64,000 nucleotides of DNA from Eledone cirrhosa (GCA_964016885.1 OZ024745.1:82522001-82586000); one strand, 5' to 3'. Numbered from the stretch's first letter, positions 9,136-22,360 are shown. Notes: generated by a model from the letters alone, not told the origin. Numbers and translations are program-made.

Positions 9136-12100
9136 CTACAGACGTATATTCAGACTGGTCCCGTTCACTCGGACCATTCTCGCTACATTCACCCACCTTT
9201 CTACAAACTTGCTAGAAAGCAGCACTTGCCTCTCCACCCTGATTTTCCTGTTCAAGTGAAACTTGAAAAAGTTAATCAGGGATTCGCCGAAGAGGAAAGT
9301 GTTTGTCTTTAATCCTTTTAACCTTGTCCACCAGACAATCTCTTTCGCCATGGCCACCAGGCAGATGAAAACCGCCTGCCCTTCCTCCTCGAAGGAAGAC
9401 GGCGAGACCATCTGCACAATGGACTCAGTCGACAACCGGATCAATCCCACACGTGACAGCAACTGTTCGACATAGCTCCACAAGTCAGCAATGCTCGGGC
9501 ACTGAACGAGTGCGTGCACAACGGTTTCGTCGCTATGCGCGCATCTCGGACAGGCTCGGCTGACGGCACTTCCGTGCCTGTAGAGCTTTTCTCGAACTGG
9601 CAGCGCTCCCCGGTAGCACTGCCAGGCCGGGGATTTTTGGAAATTATCCATAGGCCCCGGGCTGAAAGTTCTCCGGAAGAGAGCAAGCAGCTGATCTTCG
9701 ATGCCCAGGATCTCTCCGAGAACGTCGTCGCTCTTCCCCTCCACTAGTCCTCTATAGAACGCCGAGGTGGATGTTCCACCGATACTGGTGCCCAACTGGG
9801 AGAAGGCAGTGAGCGCCTGGAGACATTCCAGTTTCCAAGCGCTATCCCTCGGTCTTTTGTTGACCCAGGACTGCAGCTCCGTCAAGGAGACGAGCTGTGG
9901 GAAAATGTGCCTGGCGAACGGCGACCACACCCGTTCACCATCAAGGAAGCACCAGAGATGTCGCAGCCTCAGCGCATGTTTGCGCATCATCAGCCATGGC
10001 ATGCCCAGACTTCCACGCAACGGGTGTTGACAGCAGATGGATCGTCTGACCATGGGAGCGCGTCCCTTCCACAAAAAGCGAAAGAGGAGGCGCTCCATTT
10101 TGGTGAGAGTTGGGCTGGAGCAAGGGACGACGGTAAGGCGCTAGCAGATGACGGATGCGATGTACGCATTCGCCACTTCCGCCCGGCCTTTCACGGACAG
10201 CTTCCTCTCAGCCCATTTCTGGGTGAGGGAGGCCACCTTGCTCGTCACCTCGTTCCAGTTTTTCTCCATCTGGAGGTCCGGTCCGAACCAGACCCCGAGC
10301 AATTTAACCGATCCGTCCGTCCAACGCCCCACAACGCTGTCGGACGGCATGGACTTGCCTCTCCAGGTGCCTAGCTGCAAACCCACCGACTTTTCCTGGT
10401 TTATCTTTGCTCCTGTCACCGTTTCGTATTCCTTGAGAGCGGTGCCGAGCATCTGGACGTGTCTGGTGCTCGACACCACCACGGTGACGTTGTCAGCGTA
10501 AGCCGACTCGGATTTCCCGCATCCTAGTTCGCGTGGGACGCCTATCATCGCCCCCAGTTTGTGCAGTAACGGCTCGAGAGCCAATAAGTACAAGAGGGAC
10601 GAGAGAGGACAACTCTGGCGGACTGAGCGCATGATGCTGAACGGCTGAGCAGATGTCGCTGTACATTGCTGCGATCCAACGCCTGAAAACGGGCTGAAAC
10701 CGGCTGCCTCTAGGACCGCCGCCAGGTACCGATGGTCGACCCTATCGAATGCTTTGGATTGACCAAGTTGATCAGGGCCCCACCCTTGCCATGTTCCTTA
10801 AACATCCTCTCTATGATGTATCGCATGAGGTGGAGGTTGTCGTGTATGGATCTGTCCGGGATGGCGCATGTCTGCGCCTCTCCCACCAGACCCTTGACGA
10901 CAAGCGCCAACCTCGTTGCTAACACCTTGGCCAAAATCTTGAACTCTGCGTTTAGCAGAGTTATGGGCCTGAAATTATCAATAACATCCCCCTTGTTCGG
11001 GTCTTTTCTTAGCAGCGCCACTGCTCCCCGGCTCACAAAACTGGGAATGATCCCGTTCTGCTGCCAGTTGCAGTAGACGTCTGCCAAGAGGTCACCGAAC
11101 AAGTCTGGCATAAATGCATAAAGCTCGTAGGGCAGACCATCTAAACCTGGCGATTTACCTCTTGTGCAGTTAGCCATCGCTTGCCGTATTTCACCGGCTG
11201 TTATTGGCTTTTCGCAACACTGTGTTGCGGTCATCGAGAGCCGAGGCAGTCCGTCGAGGTATGCACTGAAATCCATGTCCCGATCCGGGCCGCCGCCGCT
11301 CCCGAACAGTTCAGCAAAGTGCTGCTGAAAAGCTTCACACATCCGCTCGGGTTCGAGCATCACGCACCCGTTTTGGTCAGACAAAGACCGAATTGTGGCT
11401 TTATTGCCACGTCGCGCCTCTGCCACCCGGGCCCATTGGACGGCTTTTGTCCCCTCGTGTTTCAGAGCACGCGCTCTAGCTCTGACAACGCAGCCTTCGT
11501 GTTTTGCGTTGAAGAATTGGTCGTGTGCCAATCTCGCCGCAAGCACGTCGGTTGCGATCCCTTTCCTAAACGCCTCTTCTAGCTTTCTGACTAGCTCTCC
11601 CTCTACTCTATTTTCCTCTATCACTACTCCTTTGCTAAACCTAATCGACTCTACTTTAATTGCCTTTTTCAGGGCGAACCACCACTTGTTGTTGACGACC
11701 GCTCCCGTCAACGCCCGCTAACTAATACGCTAATCCGGTCTCTGTAGGCCTTTCGCGCCGGGAAAGACACGTTCAGCTTCCAGTAACCAGGCCCTTGTCT
11801 ATGAAGTCTGTTTATGTCGATCTCACAGATCACAAATTTGTGGTCTGTGTAGTCGACTATTTTAAATTGTGGACAACTTATATTAGCCTTATCTAGTTCC
11901 CTGCAGAATACCCTATCTAGATACGATCTGGATGACCCGATGCGGTTTGTCCATGTCCACATTGGCACATTCAGGTGATCCAGTCGATATCTGTCAGACA
12001 GTTCAAAACGTCTGAGCAGGTTGGTGAGGCTCTTGCACCCTCCTCCCCTATCCACTAGCCCCACACGATCCCAGCGTGCATCCAAGATACCGTTCCAGTC

Positions 12101-12520
12101 GCCCACTAACACTAAAGAGCGGGACGTTCCAAGAAAGGTCTCTAGACGTCTGAAGAAATCTGGCCGTCCTGCCCCTGTCGGGGCATAGACGGCCACTAGC
12201 CTGAAAGCATTGCCTTCGCTGCCGGTCACGTCCAGCACCACCGACTTACCTTCTGGGTCCAGGAAGATGGTCCGTATCGCGAGATCCAAGCCTCTCCGAA
12301 AAAAAACGGCAACCCCTCCCCCCGATCCTGGACGGCTGGGAGATGCGTATACATCGTAGCCGCCGAAGATCGGTGCGAAGGCCCGTGCCTCGGAGATTCT
12401 GATTTCACTGATGGCCACCACATCTATGTTTAGTGACCTGAGGTCATTGAGCAGGTGACCCTGCTTCCAAGATGACCCCAGGCGACATGCATTTATACTG
12501 CCTATTCTGAGTACAGCCAT
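9136..12520 (-). pseudogene. LINE ORF2 (APE endonuclease + reverse transcriptase + C-terminal CCHC), broken by frameshifts and stops
   Basis: APE: IGSINACRL, AISE, VYAP, LVGDWN, SYLDRV, TDHK. RT: KSPGLDGLP, FRPITLLNAEFKILAK, SVRQSCPLS, AYADNV. Zinc finger CPRCAHSDETVVHALVQC. Split over ORFs 11708-12541, 10710-11711, 10141-10632 and 9136-10098. Confidence 0.9.
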
Positions 12521-12552
12521 GTTGGATGAGAAACGGGGCAAATGAGAAAGGG

Positions 12553-14438
12553 TCAGTTACCTTGTTCGTGTGGTGAAGGGACAGTAGAACCGTCCCTTTC
12601 GCTGGTCATGGGTGTTTCCAAGAGGATGTCAGTGTATATCCTCTTGGTAACCGTCCCTCTGAAGTCTCCAACTGCATTGGGGAATTTTTGTTTTAAAGGT
12701 TTGTATTGTTCTAATGAGATTTCGATGATGCTTATGTTTGTCGGGAGAGTTCTTGGTGTTGGTGGGGTGTAGTAATTTTTTTCTGTGATGTCTGTGTGGT
12801 GCTTTATATATTTTATGAGTTCTTTTTTTGCTATGTTTATGGCTGTGTACTTTTTGGTGGGAGGGATGATTTTGTTGCCGTTTTCTTCTTGTTGCTGTTT
12901 GGTGTGTGTGTCTTGTTGTGTTTGCGTTGTTGGTGTTTGTGGTGGTGTTGTTGCAAGTTTCCTTGTTGCCTTTACCCCTCTTTGTATGTCTTCGCTTTTG
13001 GAGGGTGAATCTAAGGGTTTTTTTGTTTTTTGTTTTTTGTGGCAGACTGTTTGCCACGTCACTCCCGCCTCAAACTCCATGTCGGATTCTGTGGCGTCTG
13101 GGAGGGGTATGTGCTCCACGGCTGTTGGTGGTGGTAGTAGAGCCCTCTTCGGCAATGTTGTTGCTGGTGTAGCTATTTCAAATGTAGCTATTGGTGTTGC
13201 CGCTATTGACGATGCTGCTTTAGTTATCCGTGGCCTTGGTTCGGGTGCTACGGACGTTTCCCTCCTACTCACCGTGGAAGGGGCTTCTTCGTTTGTTGCC
13301 TGTCCTGCTCTTGGTAGCAGCGGACCATGTATTGGAAGGAGAGGGGCCTCTTAGGTGTCTTCTGCGGGCAAAAGGCCCTGAGGTGACGTTTCAACCCACA
13401 GAGATAACATTTTGGCCGTCTTCCTTCTACACTTATAGGGAGTTGGAGTCCTTCCTCGATGTCTATGATATCGGGGATAGCGTCGATTTTTCCTGGTCAG
13501 TTTGTATAAGCATTTGCATGCCTATACCTGACCAGTTCTCTCTCCCTATTTTTTCTACAGCATGGTCGTCCTGTTCTCGATTCAAGCAAGGACAGACGCG
13601 GCCAGCCAAGGTATTGTCACGTCGGGTGGGACCTGGGTCACTTTGACCCTCACAATTTTCTGCCCGCAGTAGGAGGGCACCAAGACTATCTCCTCACTCT
13701 TTAGGGTTTCCAAAGAGTGAGATTTTGCTTCCTGGGGGGTGGCCAAAAGTACGTCTACTGTGGCGTACTTTCTGCCTCGGGTGGTATGGGTTTTGCGTGC
13801 CCAGACGCATCCCAAGGCCTTTTGGATTTGAGCCTCCGTGGCTCTCTCCACTCGATGTGAGATTTTGCTTACGGTGCGGTAAATCACCGACCGTAGCTGC
13901 TGGTCCTTGAAAAAATCGGGTGGAGGTTTCAGGGAGACTCTATTGGCGCTTCTTGTCACCATGGCCCTTGCGACTGCCATCTGCTCCTCTGTGACTAACA
14001 CTGTCAAGAAGTGGTCCCTTTTTCAGCAGCATCACTATTGCTGCCGCTACTGGTCTTACTGGTGGTGCTGAGATCGCTATTACATGTATCGATGTCATTG
14101 TTGATGTTTTTGTTGGTACAGTTGTTGGTGTTGTTGTTGTTGTTTTCGTTGATACTGTTGCTGTTGTTACTGTTATTGTGGCTGTTGTTATTATTGTTGT
14201 TTTTGTTGATACTGTTCCTACTATAATTGTTGTTGTGGCTGTTGTTATTGTCATTGTTATTGTCGTTCTCGACATTACCGCTGTTATTTTTGTTATTGTC
14301 GTTCTCGACTTTACCGCTGTTATTTTTGTTGTTGCTGTTGTTATTGATGGTGTTGTTGTTGGTGTTATTGTTGGTGTTGTTTGTGTTAGAAATATTTGTT
14401 AATTTTAAATCTGTAACAATCTTCTTTTCCTTTGTCAT
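12553..14438 (-). pseudogene. LINE ORF1 (Asn/Thr-rich N-terminus, RRM-like region, CCHC knuckle), frameshifted
   Basis: Fragments 14004-14438, 13582-14007 and 12553-13272. Minus-strand translation near 13365-13430 gives EGRRPKCYLCGLKRHLRAFCP (CX2CX4HX4C). The RRM-like call is an inference from position. Confidence 0.75.
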
Positions 14439-14506
14439 ATTTTCGTTTATATTTACCTCCGCTGGAACGCTGTCTTGTAATAATACAGTACTACGATCAC
14501 ATCACC

Positions 14507-14643
14507 ACCACCACTGCCTCATTATCGCTACCGCCGCTATTCTCTCCCACTATCTCCTGCTAAGTACTACTAGCACATCACCACCACAACCATTGCCTCA
14601 TTATCGCTACCGCCGCTATTCTCTCCCACTACCTCCTGCTAAG
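14507..14643. repeat. Direct duplication with 79-bp period in the 5' region of the LINE
   Basis: gcctcattatcgctaccgccgctattctctcccacta[tc]ctcctgctaag at 14516 and 14595. Confidence 0.85.
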
Positions 14644-14914
14644 ACAGGCATCGTAGTATTCACACTAAATGAGGAAGGCATCAAAAGATATAAATAGACT
14701 GATTTGATGACCCGGTTAAAAAAATCAAAAAATAAGAAATCAAAATCAAAACAGCACAGCAGCAACGAAAAACGTAAAGAAAAGAAAAAAGAAAAGAAAA
14801 ACAAACAGACAGACAGGCAAAAAAACTAAGTCAGACATTCAAACATTACATTACAATGAAACTTATGCTTATTTTTTTTTTTTTTTACCTATTTGTTTGT
14901 TTGTTTATTTATGT

Positions 14915-17900
14915 TCGTCTACAGCGTGATAGTGCCACGCTAAAATCACCGGGGGTGATCAAATCACCGGAGGTGATGAAATCACCGATGGTTATGTAAC
15001 CATACATTCACCAATCCTCGATAAGAGTGTTTCAATGTCGAACCTAAACAGTTCGAATAACGGTGAAGTGGAGACTGGAATGTCATGTGACAGACTCTCA
15101 CCCAGCAGGTGCTCCCTGGATCAGCAGCAGGGACCTGGCTGTCAACCAAATACTGCTGGTGTCGGAGGAAGAAGGAAAGGGACAAGAACCAACTGGACAA
15201 AAGAATTGAATAGAACTGTTATGCAATGTTACCTGAAGAGTAACCCCAAGGAAAAAGGCTATAGGAAACGGATGCATAACATCTGGAACGAGATTGGTCT
15301 ATTTAAATTAGATGAACAAAAATTGGCCGGGCAGGCTCAGGTAATAAGAACTAATGGGTGGATAAGCGAGCTGGAACTGGATGAACTGAGCAGAGGGATT
15401 AGGTTGGAAATGGAGAGTGGAGTATGCCAGGCAAGCGAGTCAGTGGGAAATGAAGGTGAAGAGGTTGAGAGAACGGAGGAACCATCCGAAGCAGATAATG
15501 ATCTCAATGCTGAAATAAACAATACCTGGAACAAAGATACGGCCATTGAGGAGATGAATGCTGACGGGCTAGGACAAGATTTGGTTGATATCCTAAACTT
15601 AGTGGTAGATGAAATGAACAATGATAGTGAGAACCCTATGAACCTAAGATTTGTAGACAGGAAAAAGTTAAAAGAAACAACAGATAAGGTTAACAAACTC
15701 ATGCCATACCTTGAGGCGAGGAGCCTTCACCAGTGCAACAATATCCTCAAAGCAACAGCAAATGCGGTGAGGAAATTACTTGGCATAAAAGCGAGATGAA
15801 ACAACAAACAAGAAAGATCAGAACCTTGGTGGAAGAAACGACTGAATGGTCAAATCAAGGAAATGAGAAATGACATTGGAAAGCTTGAGTCCCTACAGAA
15901 TGGGACACTAAAAAACATAGACACTAAAAATAGACTGGAAATAAAGTACAAAACTAGGAGGAAAAAGCTAAATATTATCATAGAGGAACTGAAGCAACGC
16001 ATTGTAGCAAAGAGTGCAAAAATTAGGCGATACGAGAGCAGAGTCAGTCAGTATAGACAGAACCGCATGTTTGACAACAACCAGAAGATGTGTTTTGGAC
16101 AGCTTGAAGGGAAATAAAGAGGCAACGACTTGATCTCTGCGGCGGAACAAACTAAGACATTCTGGAGAGGAATATGGGAGCAGGATGTTAAACATAATGA
16201 CCAGGCAGTGTGGATTGAGACAGTACAAAAGGAAATTAGTGAACAGGCACACCAACAAACTGATTTGAGTATCACAGTTGAAACTCTTAAGGGGCAGGCC
16301 AAAAAACTAACCAACTGGAAATCACCAGGCCCAGATGGTGCGCAGGGGTATTGGATTAAAAATATAACATCCCTCCAGCCGAAACTGACAACCATGTTCA
16401 ATAACTGCTTGATGTCAGGTGAGGTATCAGAGTGGTTGACCAAAGGTACCACAGTTCTGGTAATGAAAGACCGAATCAAGGGTAATGATGTTACCAACTA
16501 TAGACCTATCACATGTCTGTCAGTAATGTGGAAACTGTTGACAAGCATTGTGTCTGAGGAAATCTACCATCACCTCCACACAAACAACTTGTTACCGGAC
16601 GCACAGAAAGGATGCTGAAAGAAGTCCCGTGGAACAAAGGACCAGTTACTTATTGATAAGATGGTAATGAGGAATTGCAAGAGGAGACACACTGGTCTTG
16701 CCACGGGATGGCTAGACTACAAAAAGGCATTTGACATGGTGCCTCCTTCTTGGATCACCAAAAGCCTAGAGATCTTCAAGGTGGCAGATAACATCAGACA
16801 GTTGTTGGGCAAAAGTATGAAGTCCTGGAAAACAGAGTTAACATCAGCTGGAGAATCCTTGGGAAGCGTGAAGATCAAGAGAGGTATCTTCCAGGGAGAT
16901 AGTCTGTCCCCTCTGTTGTTTGTCCTTGCTATGATGCCCCTGACCATTAGACTGCGAAAAGTGAGAGCAGGATACAAGTTGGGAAAGGGAGAGCTTACCA
17001 TCAATCACCTCCTCTTCATGGACAATCCGAGAAGGAGTTGGATGTGCTTGTTAACACTGTCCGTATTTTCAGCAATGATATATGTATGCAATTTGGTATT
17101 AGTAAGTGTGATGAAGAGGGGTAAATTGTGATGAAGCAACGGAATACAGGTACCAACAGGTGAGATGATAAAGGAAATTGACACTGAAGAAGGATACAAG
17201 TATTTGGGTGTTCTGGAGGCTGATGACATCAAGAACAAAAAAATGAAGGAATTGATAAGATCTGAATACATTCGGACAGTAAGGAGCGTATTAAAGTCAC
17301 ATCTGAACAGTAGGAATGCCATAAGTGCAGTAAATTCCTGAGCTGTGTCTATTATTAGGTACAGTGCGGGAATTCTGAGATGGAATGTTGCTGAACAAAA
17401 AGAAATGGATAGGAAGACTAAGAAGCTATTGACTATCTACAACATGTTTCACAAGAGGAGTGATGTCGATAGACTCTACTTAAGGAGATTTGAAGGTGGA
17501 AGAGGCTTTATCAGCATAGAGGACTGTGTTCAGATGGAGAAAAACAACCTACACAAATACGTGACTGATAGTAAGGAGCCAATGCTCAGAATTGTACTGA
17601 AGGAGAGGACAATAGACCAGGGGATGTCCAAGGAGGAAATAACAAGGAGAAAGAGCAGCCTTCATGAAAAATCCCTTCATAGTACCTTCTTTGAGAAAAT
17701 TGAATTCAGAGATCCACAGACATGGAACTGGTTGAAAAGAGGAGACCTTAAAAAGGCTACAGAAGGAATGCTAATGGCTACACAAGAGCAGGCCCTCAAA
17801 ACGAAGTGGTTGAAACACCATATTTACAAGGTGGAGGCTAGCCCACTGTGCAGGATCTGTGGAGAGAGAGAGGAGACTGTGGCTCACATTGTATCCGAGT

Positions 17901-18518
17901 GTAAACACCTAGCTCAGACTCACTATAAAGGCTGGAGACATGATGTGATGGGCAGGGTTATCCACTGGCACATATGAAAAGTAAACAATTTACCACATTC
18001 TGAGAAGTGGTATGAGCATAAGCCAGAGTCGGTGATAGAAAACGATCAGGTGAAGGTGCTGTGGGATTTTAGGATACAGACGGACAAGAAACTGGAACAC
18101 GATAGACCTGACCTGATGGTTTTGGACAAGGAAAAAAGATCGTGCCTGATTGTGGATGTGGCCTGCCCATTCGACACGAGAGTGCAAGAGAAGGAGAGGG
18201 AGAAAATTAACCGATACCAGGACTTAAATTGGGAGGTAAAAAGGATTTGGAACTGCTATGAAGTCAAAGTGGTCCCGATTGTCATAGGCGCACTAGGTAC
18301 TATCTCAAAAAGTTTCCAGGGATGGTTAAAGAAAATTGGCCCCGCCCCGCTTTTTGGAACGCTTCAAAAGGCATGCTTGCTGGGAACAGCAAGAACCCTC
18401 CGATACGTCCTGAATATCTGAGGCTGCAGGTAGTGGCTTGATATTCATTTCAACAAACTTTCCAGTTAACTAACATCAATGACTGAGACTCAAAGAACAA
18501 TAATAAAATAATAATAAT
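14915..18518 (+). mobile_element. Second, divergent R4/Dong-clade retrotransposon, decayed, with TAA-like 3' tail
   Basis: Colinear with the 25-3675 protein. Ends caataataaaataataataat (18498-18518). The 5' boundary is approximate. Confidence 0.88.
15035..18421 (+). pseudogene. Disrupted RT-RLE ORF of the second Dong family
   Basis: [44 protein letters not shown] (deletion through the catalytic motif), CRICGEREETVAHIVSEC, RHD, RPDL..IVDVACP. Premature stops at 15799, 16117, 16618 and 17977. Confidence 0.9.
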
Positions 18519-20551
18519 CGACGACACAATTAGCTTTCTGCTATGTAAAAGACTACGTGATCACTAGTGGTGTACATGAAACCACGTAAAATTCAAGAAA
18601 CAATATAATTAGAAACAGTGTAATTAAGTGCAAAACAGCAAAGCTGAAGAGTAAGGGAGACTTGCAGCGTTGTTTAAAACCTGGCAAAATGGAGAACAAG
18701 CTCCACATAAATCCAATCTGATACTAAATTACCTCTACTCTATTCATTTTGCATATAAACCTGAAAATGGAATTAAATGAATCCAGGCACGTTCAGCCAA
18801 CTTTCATAACTTGGAAGCAATGATTATTCTTTTTTATCCAGCATGGCCTCAGCCGGATGGCTGAAACAGGTAAAAGAGTATACCTGTTTTCTGCTTCTTC
18901 TGAAAGGAAGAAAGATTTCATAGCGGATTGGATGACCTGGTTGTTAACCTTTTCAATATTGTCCACAAAAAAACCTTCCTCATTATTTCTGTCAAGGACA
19001 CGTTAGAGCTTTGCTATGGATTCAATTAACAACCGTATTCGTCTAATACATTATATCAACTGTTAAATATAATTTGAAAGGTAGTTAATACACCTGTAAC
19101 AGATGAGTGGCATGATGATGGTTTCATTTTACATCACTTGTACAGGCACAACTGATTACCCATCTCTGTTTTTGAAATGTTTACCAACTAATGCCATACC
19201 ATATATCAATGACAGCTATAATGTTCACCGTAATAGTTGTATAATGCTTGCAAGATATTGCATCTCGAAAATATTACTAATTTAACCTATTATCTTTTAT
19301 TGTATGTACAGCTGGAGATTACATTGAATGCATTTCCTAGGCACATAAGAACGCATAATATGCCAAAAGCCCATTTTGTGTCCATCAAAATGATGAATTT
19401 ATCATCCTGGATCTCAGCCTAAATAGATTCAACGATAGATCTCCACGTAGTTCTGTCGTTCATTATATTGTCTAGATACCGAACGACAATACGAGAATCT
19501 ATGTTCATGACACCTGGAGAGGAGAGTTTGCGATCTGTTTGGCACTAAAGGAGACACCGTTTCACTTGAAGCGTGATATCAATGCCAGTGGCGTGCAAAT
19601 CCCATCCTTCTCTTTTTCACAATATCAGAAATACGAGGGAGACAATCGTATATTTCTCTAAGGGTTTGATCTTGCCTCCAACTTATGCTTTGAGCCCGAC
19701 AAACCAAACCTTGTCTCAGTCTCCTCTAATTATGACTTCGTATCAGTTAGTATATCCCTGAACGATTTAACAGAACTAGACCTCTAAATGCTTATTATGG
19801 TCATCAATCCAGTCAGATATTGGTTGAAAATGATCTTCTGCTCCAGGTGTTGAGTTCAACGGTTCCTAGCAAGTCGGGATATTTATGCTCCTCTTCAATA
19901 GTTTAATGATTAACACATCCGCATTTTCCTGTATAGTTTATCCAGTAAGGTAATCAGCACATATATTATAGTAAAACAGTAGGATGGATTAACTCATTCA
20001 CGATTTTAACTTCATAATTGATTATTGGAATTTACTACTTTTTGATTCAACTATACTTAAGATACGATTAGAAGTTTTGTAAGTACTATGCAATCTCCGC
20101 TTTTGGGAATAAGGACCAGCGTACCTGATAAAGTGAGGAAGAAATCATAAATGATTGCTACAGCAGTTAGTAATTCAGCTGCCTACCTGTAAAACATATG
20201 ATGTCCGTAAAGGTGTTGCAGTTTGTGGCTAAAGTACTTGCTCTTATTCTTGTCACTGCAGCTATTGATGTTATTGCTGTTGTTACAGATACTGCTTTTA
20301 TTGTGGCTATGTTACTGTTGCTTCCGCTGCTTCTGTTTCTACTGATAAATACCAAGAGAAAAACCATTATCTCCAGCTTTTCTCACCACGCCAACGCATA
20401 TCGGAGATATGGAATTGCGTACAGTTATGTTTAAACTTTTACTGACTAAACAGTTAGCTTAATAAATTCCTTCCTAAACCAGTGAAATATAACATGACAA
20501 ATTAGCTGCAAACTCATAAACATATCTTCCTTTACATGATTTATAACAATA

Positions 20552-21270
20552 GTCTTCTTCGACCCCTAGCTAGCGATTGGGGGAGGCTGTCCTCTCAATC
20601 AATACGCTGTTGTGAGTGCCGCTAGATGATAGACAGCGATGATAATGATGCTCTTCCAGGTTTTTCTATCCATGGCGCTGACCGTAGCATGGTCAAGTTC
20701 GAGGCGCTGCGATTTCAGGTCATCGGTTTGTTTCGCCGATGCTTTCGTCGGTGCGCTGCGTTGGATTCTTCAGTGCATGGGTTATTGTCGTGATCATCCT
20801 GCAGACCTGGCCAAACCCTGTAGGCTGCGTTGCCAGATTTGGTCTTCAGTGGTCGGCTGCTGCTGGTATTGCTCTCAGATGTTGTTTGAGATTCGGTCGT
20901 GTAGAGACACCAAGGATTTGTGACACGCAGACATCAACAGATGATCTCGGCTGTTGATGCGATTTATTTTCTCCTCAACCAGTGGGACGAGATATTTGAA
21001 CTCTCGAATTTTCTCGATCTCAATGCTATCAAGATACAAAATAGCCGCCAAGCCATCTGTTGTTAGAACGTTTGTCTTGTCTGCATTGATCCCGAGACCA
21101 TAAGGCCGAGCAAAGCGGGCAATTTTATGCAGGATATCTGTTCCTTTGTCGATGAAAATGGCACTGTCATCGGAAAACATGAGGTCGGTCACAGGTTTGT
21201 TGGCGTCAAACTGTACACCACTCCGTCCTTCAAAAACTTGCGTTCCCCAACCCAGCACTTGATTGATACA
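20552..21270 (-). mobile_element. 5'-truncated, degenerate RTE-like LINE (RT C-terminal part and 3' end)
   Basis: ORF 20875-21360 contains DLMFSDDSAIF..GLGINADKTNVL..IEKIREFKYL (xADD, GLxINxxKT and FxYLG-type motifs). Short GAAGAAGA-like 3' end at ~20553 on the minus strand. Confidence 0.65.
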
Positions 21271-21437
21271 TATCTTGTCAGACCATGAGGGATGGATGAA
21301 ATTCAAAGTGTGCTGGCAATTTGAATTTGGATCATAAAGGCATGTAACTAAATAACTCAAGTTATTTTATCCGCCATTCAACTCAGTATATGCTGCAATT
21401 CTATTTACCCCCTAATAATAAATTAAAATGATGATGA

Positions 21438-21651
21438 TTTCTGATTTAGGCACGAGACTAATAATGTTTAGGGGAGGGAAAATCGATTAAATCGACCCCA
21501 GTGTATTACTTTTACTTTATTTTATCACCCAAGTAAAGATGAAAAGCAAAGCTAACCTCGGCGAGATTTGATCTCAGAGCATAAAGGGCCGTAACTCAAT
21601 GCCACAAAGCATGGTGTCCGACGCTCTACCGATACTGCTAAACCACAGCCC
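21438..21651 (-). mobile_element. tRNA-derived SINE, near full length (resembles the abundant octopus SINE families, recalled from memory)
   Basis: Minus strand starts gggctgtggtttagcagtatcggtagagcgtcggac (box A-like), has GAGATCAAATCTC (box B-like), and ends ..cgtgcctaaatcagaaa followed by an ATC/ATT tail. Confidence 0.7.
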
Positions 21652-22103
21652 TTATTTTGAATTCATATTCATATAAAGATTTAGCGATGCGGGTTTATTT
21701 AAAACTCATTTAACACCCGTCACACCTCTCAGTCTGTCTTCCTCTATTCTGCCTTCTTACCTTGTCTGTGCCACTGTGTTATTCGTCTTTGTCTGTACGT
21801 TGGACTGCAGTTTATATTATTCTTTTCAGTTATTTTATTTCTCATAGTTCTCTCCTTTCTTTATCAGTTGACGCACTTGGGATACTTTTTCATATATATT
21901 TGTGTAATTCCTCGAAAGGCAAAACTTGTCCTGTCTTTGTCTCTACCTATTCTGTTATGTCCGAATGTGCACTGGAATGAACGGTATGACCTTAATGATT
22001 TTAAACTGGAGTGATTTTCAAAGGTTGACTGCGGAGAGGGGCCTCTCAGTTTTTCCGTTGTTTTTTCCATTGACATTGCCCCGTGCGCCACATATTTTGC
22101 ATA

Positions 22104-22135
<32 letters not shown>

Positions 22136-22153
22136 TTTTAATTTTATAGAAGG

Positions 22154-22204
22154 AGCTTCTACAGGACTAGTACTGTTTCATTCAGATGAAATCTTCAGGA
22201 AGCT
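22154..22204 (-). ncRNA. Type I hammerhead ribozyme, mirror copy on the minus strand (predicted cleavage after nt 22160)
   Basis: Exact reverse complement of 22222-22272. Confidence 0.75.
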
Positions 22205-22221
22205 GGGTGTCATATTAAGTC

Positions 22222-22272
22222 AGCTTCCTGAAGATTTCATCTGAATGAAACAGTACTAGTCCTGTAGAAGCT
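22222..22272 (+). ncRNA. Type I hammerhead ribozyme (predicted cleavage after GUA, nt 22266)
   Basis: AGCTTC-CTGAAGA-T TTC atct GAA T-GAAA-CAG tactagtc CTG-TA-GAAGCT. Stem I is 6 bp, stem II is 3 bp, stem III is ACAG/CTGT with ACTAGT in its loop. Confidence 0.85.
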
Positions 22273-22359
22273 CCTTCTATAAAATAAAAAAATGTTCACT
22301 CTGCCATGTATTGAGTACCTTATTTACTGTGGTTATCCCCGACTCAACCCGGGACCTAC

Positions 22360-22360
<1 letters not shown>

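Larger units (their letters stand above)
8849..14830 (-). mobile_element. L1/Tx1-like LINE, near full length but decayed (ORF1 + APE-RT-zinc finger ORF2; copy B)
   Basis: Two-ORF layout. The 3' end reads ...ccttgtggccAATAAAgaaa followed by (ATT)n on the minus strand. The 5' boundary is approximate. Confidence 0.85.
22141..22360 (+). mobile_element. Short hammerhead-bearing insert with a perfect 65-bp fold-back at its 5' end, inside (TA)n
   Basis: 22141-22205 is the exact reverse complement of 22221-22285 (15-nt loop). (TA)n at 22101-22125 and 22361-22403. Confidence 0.7.

Noticed and set aside
7068-14697. Plus-strand Val/Leu-rich ORFs opposite the LINE ORF1s
   Set aside because: They are antisense shadows of the low-complexity ACA/AAC-rich ORF1 sequence.
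18520-20550. Host gene exons in the unique AT-rich interval (short ORFs 19103-20434)
   Set aside because: No recognisable domains or convincing exon structure. The short ORFs are consistent with chance.
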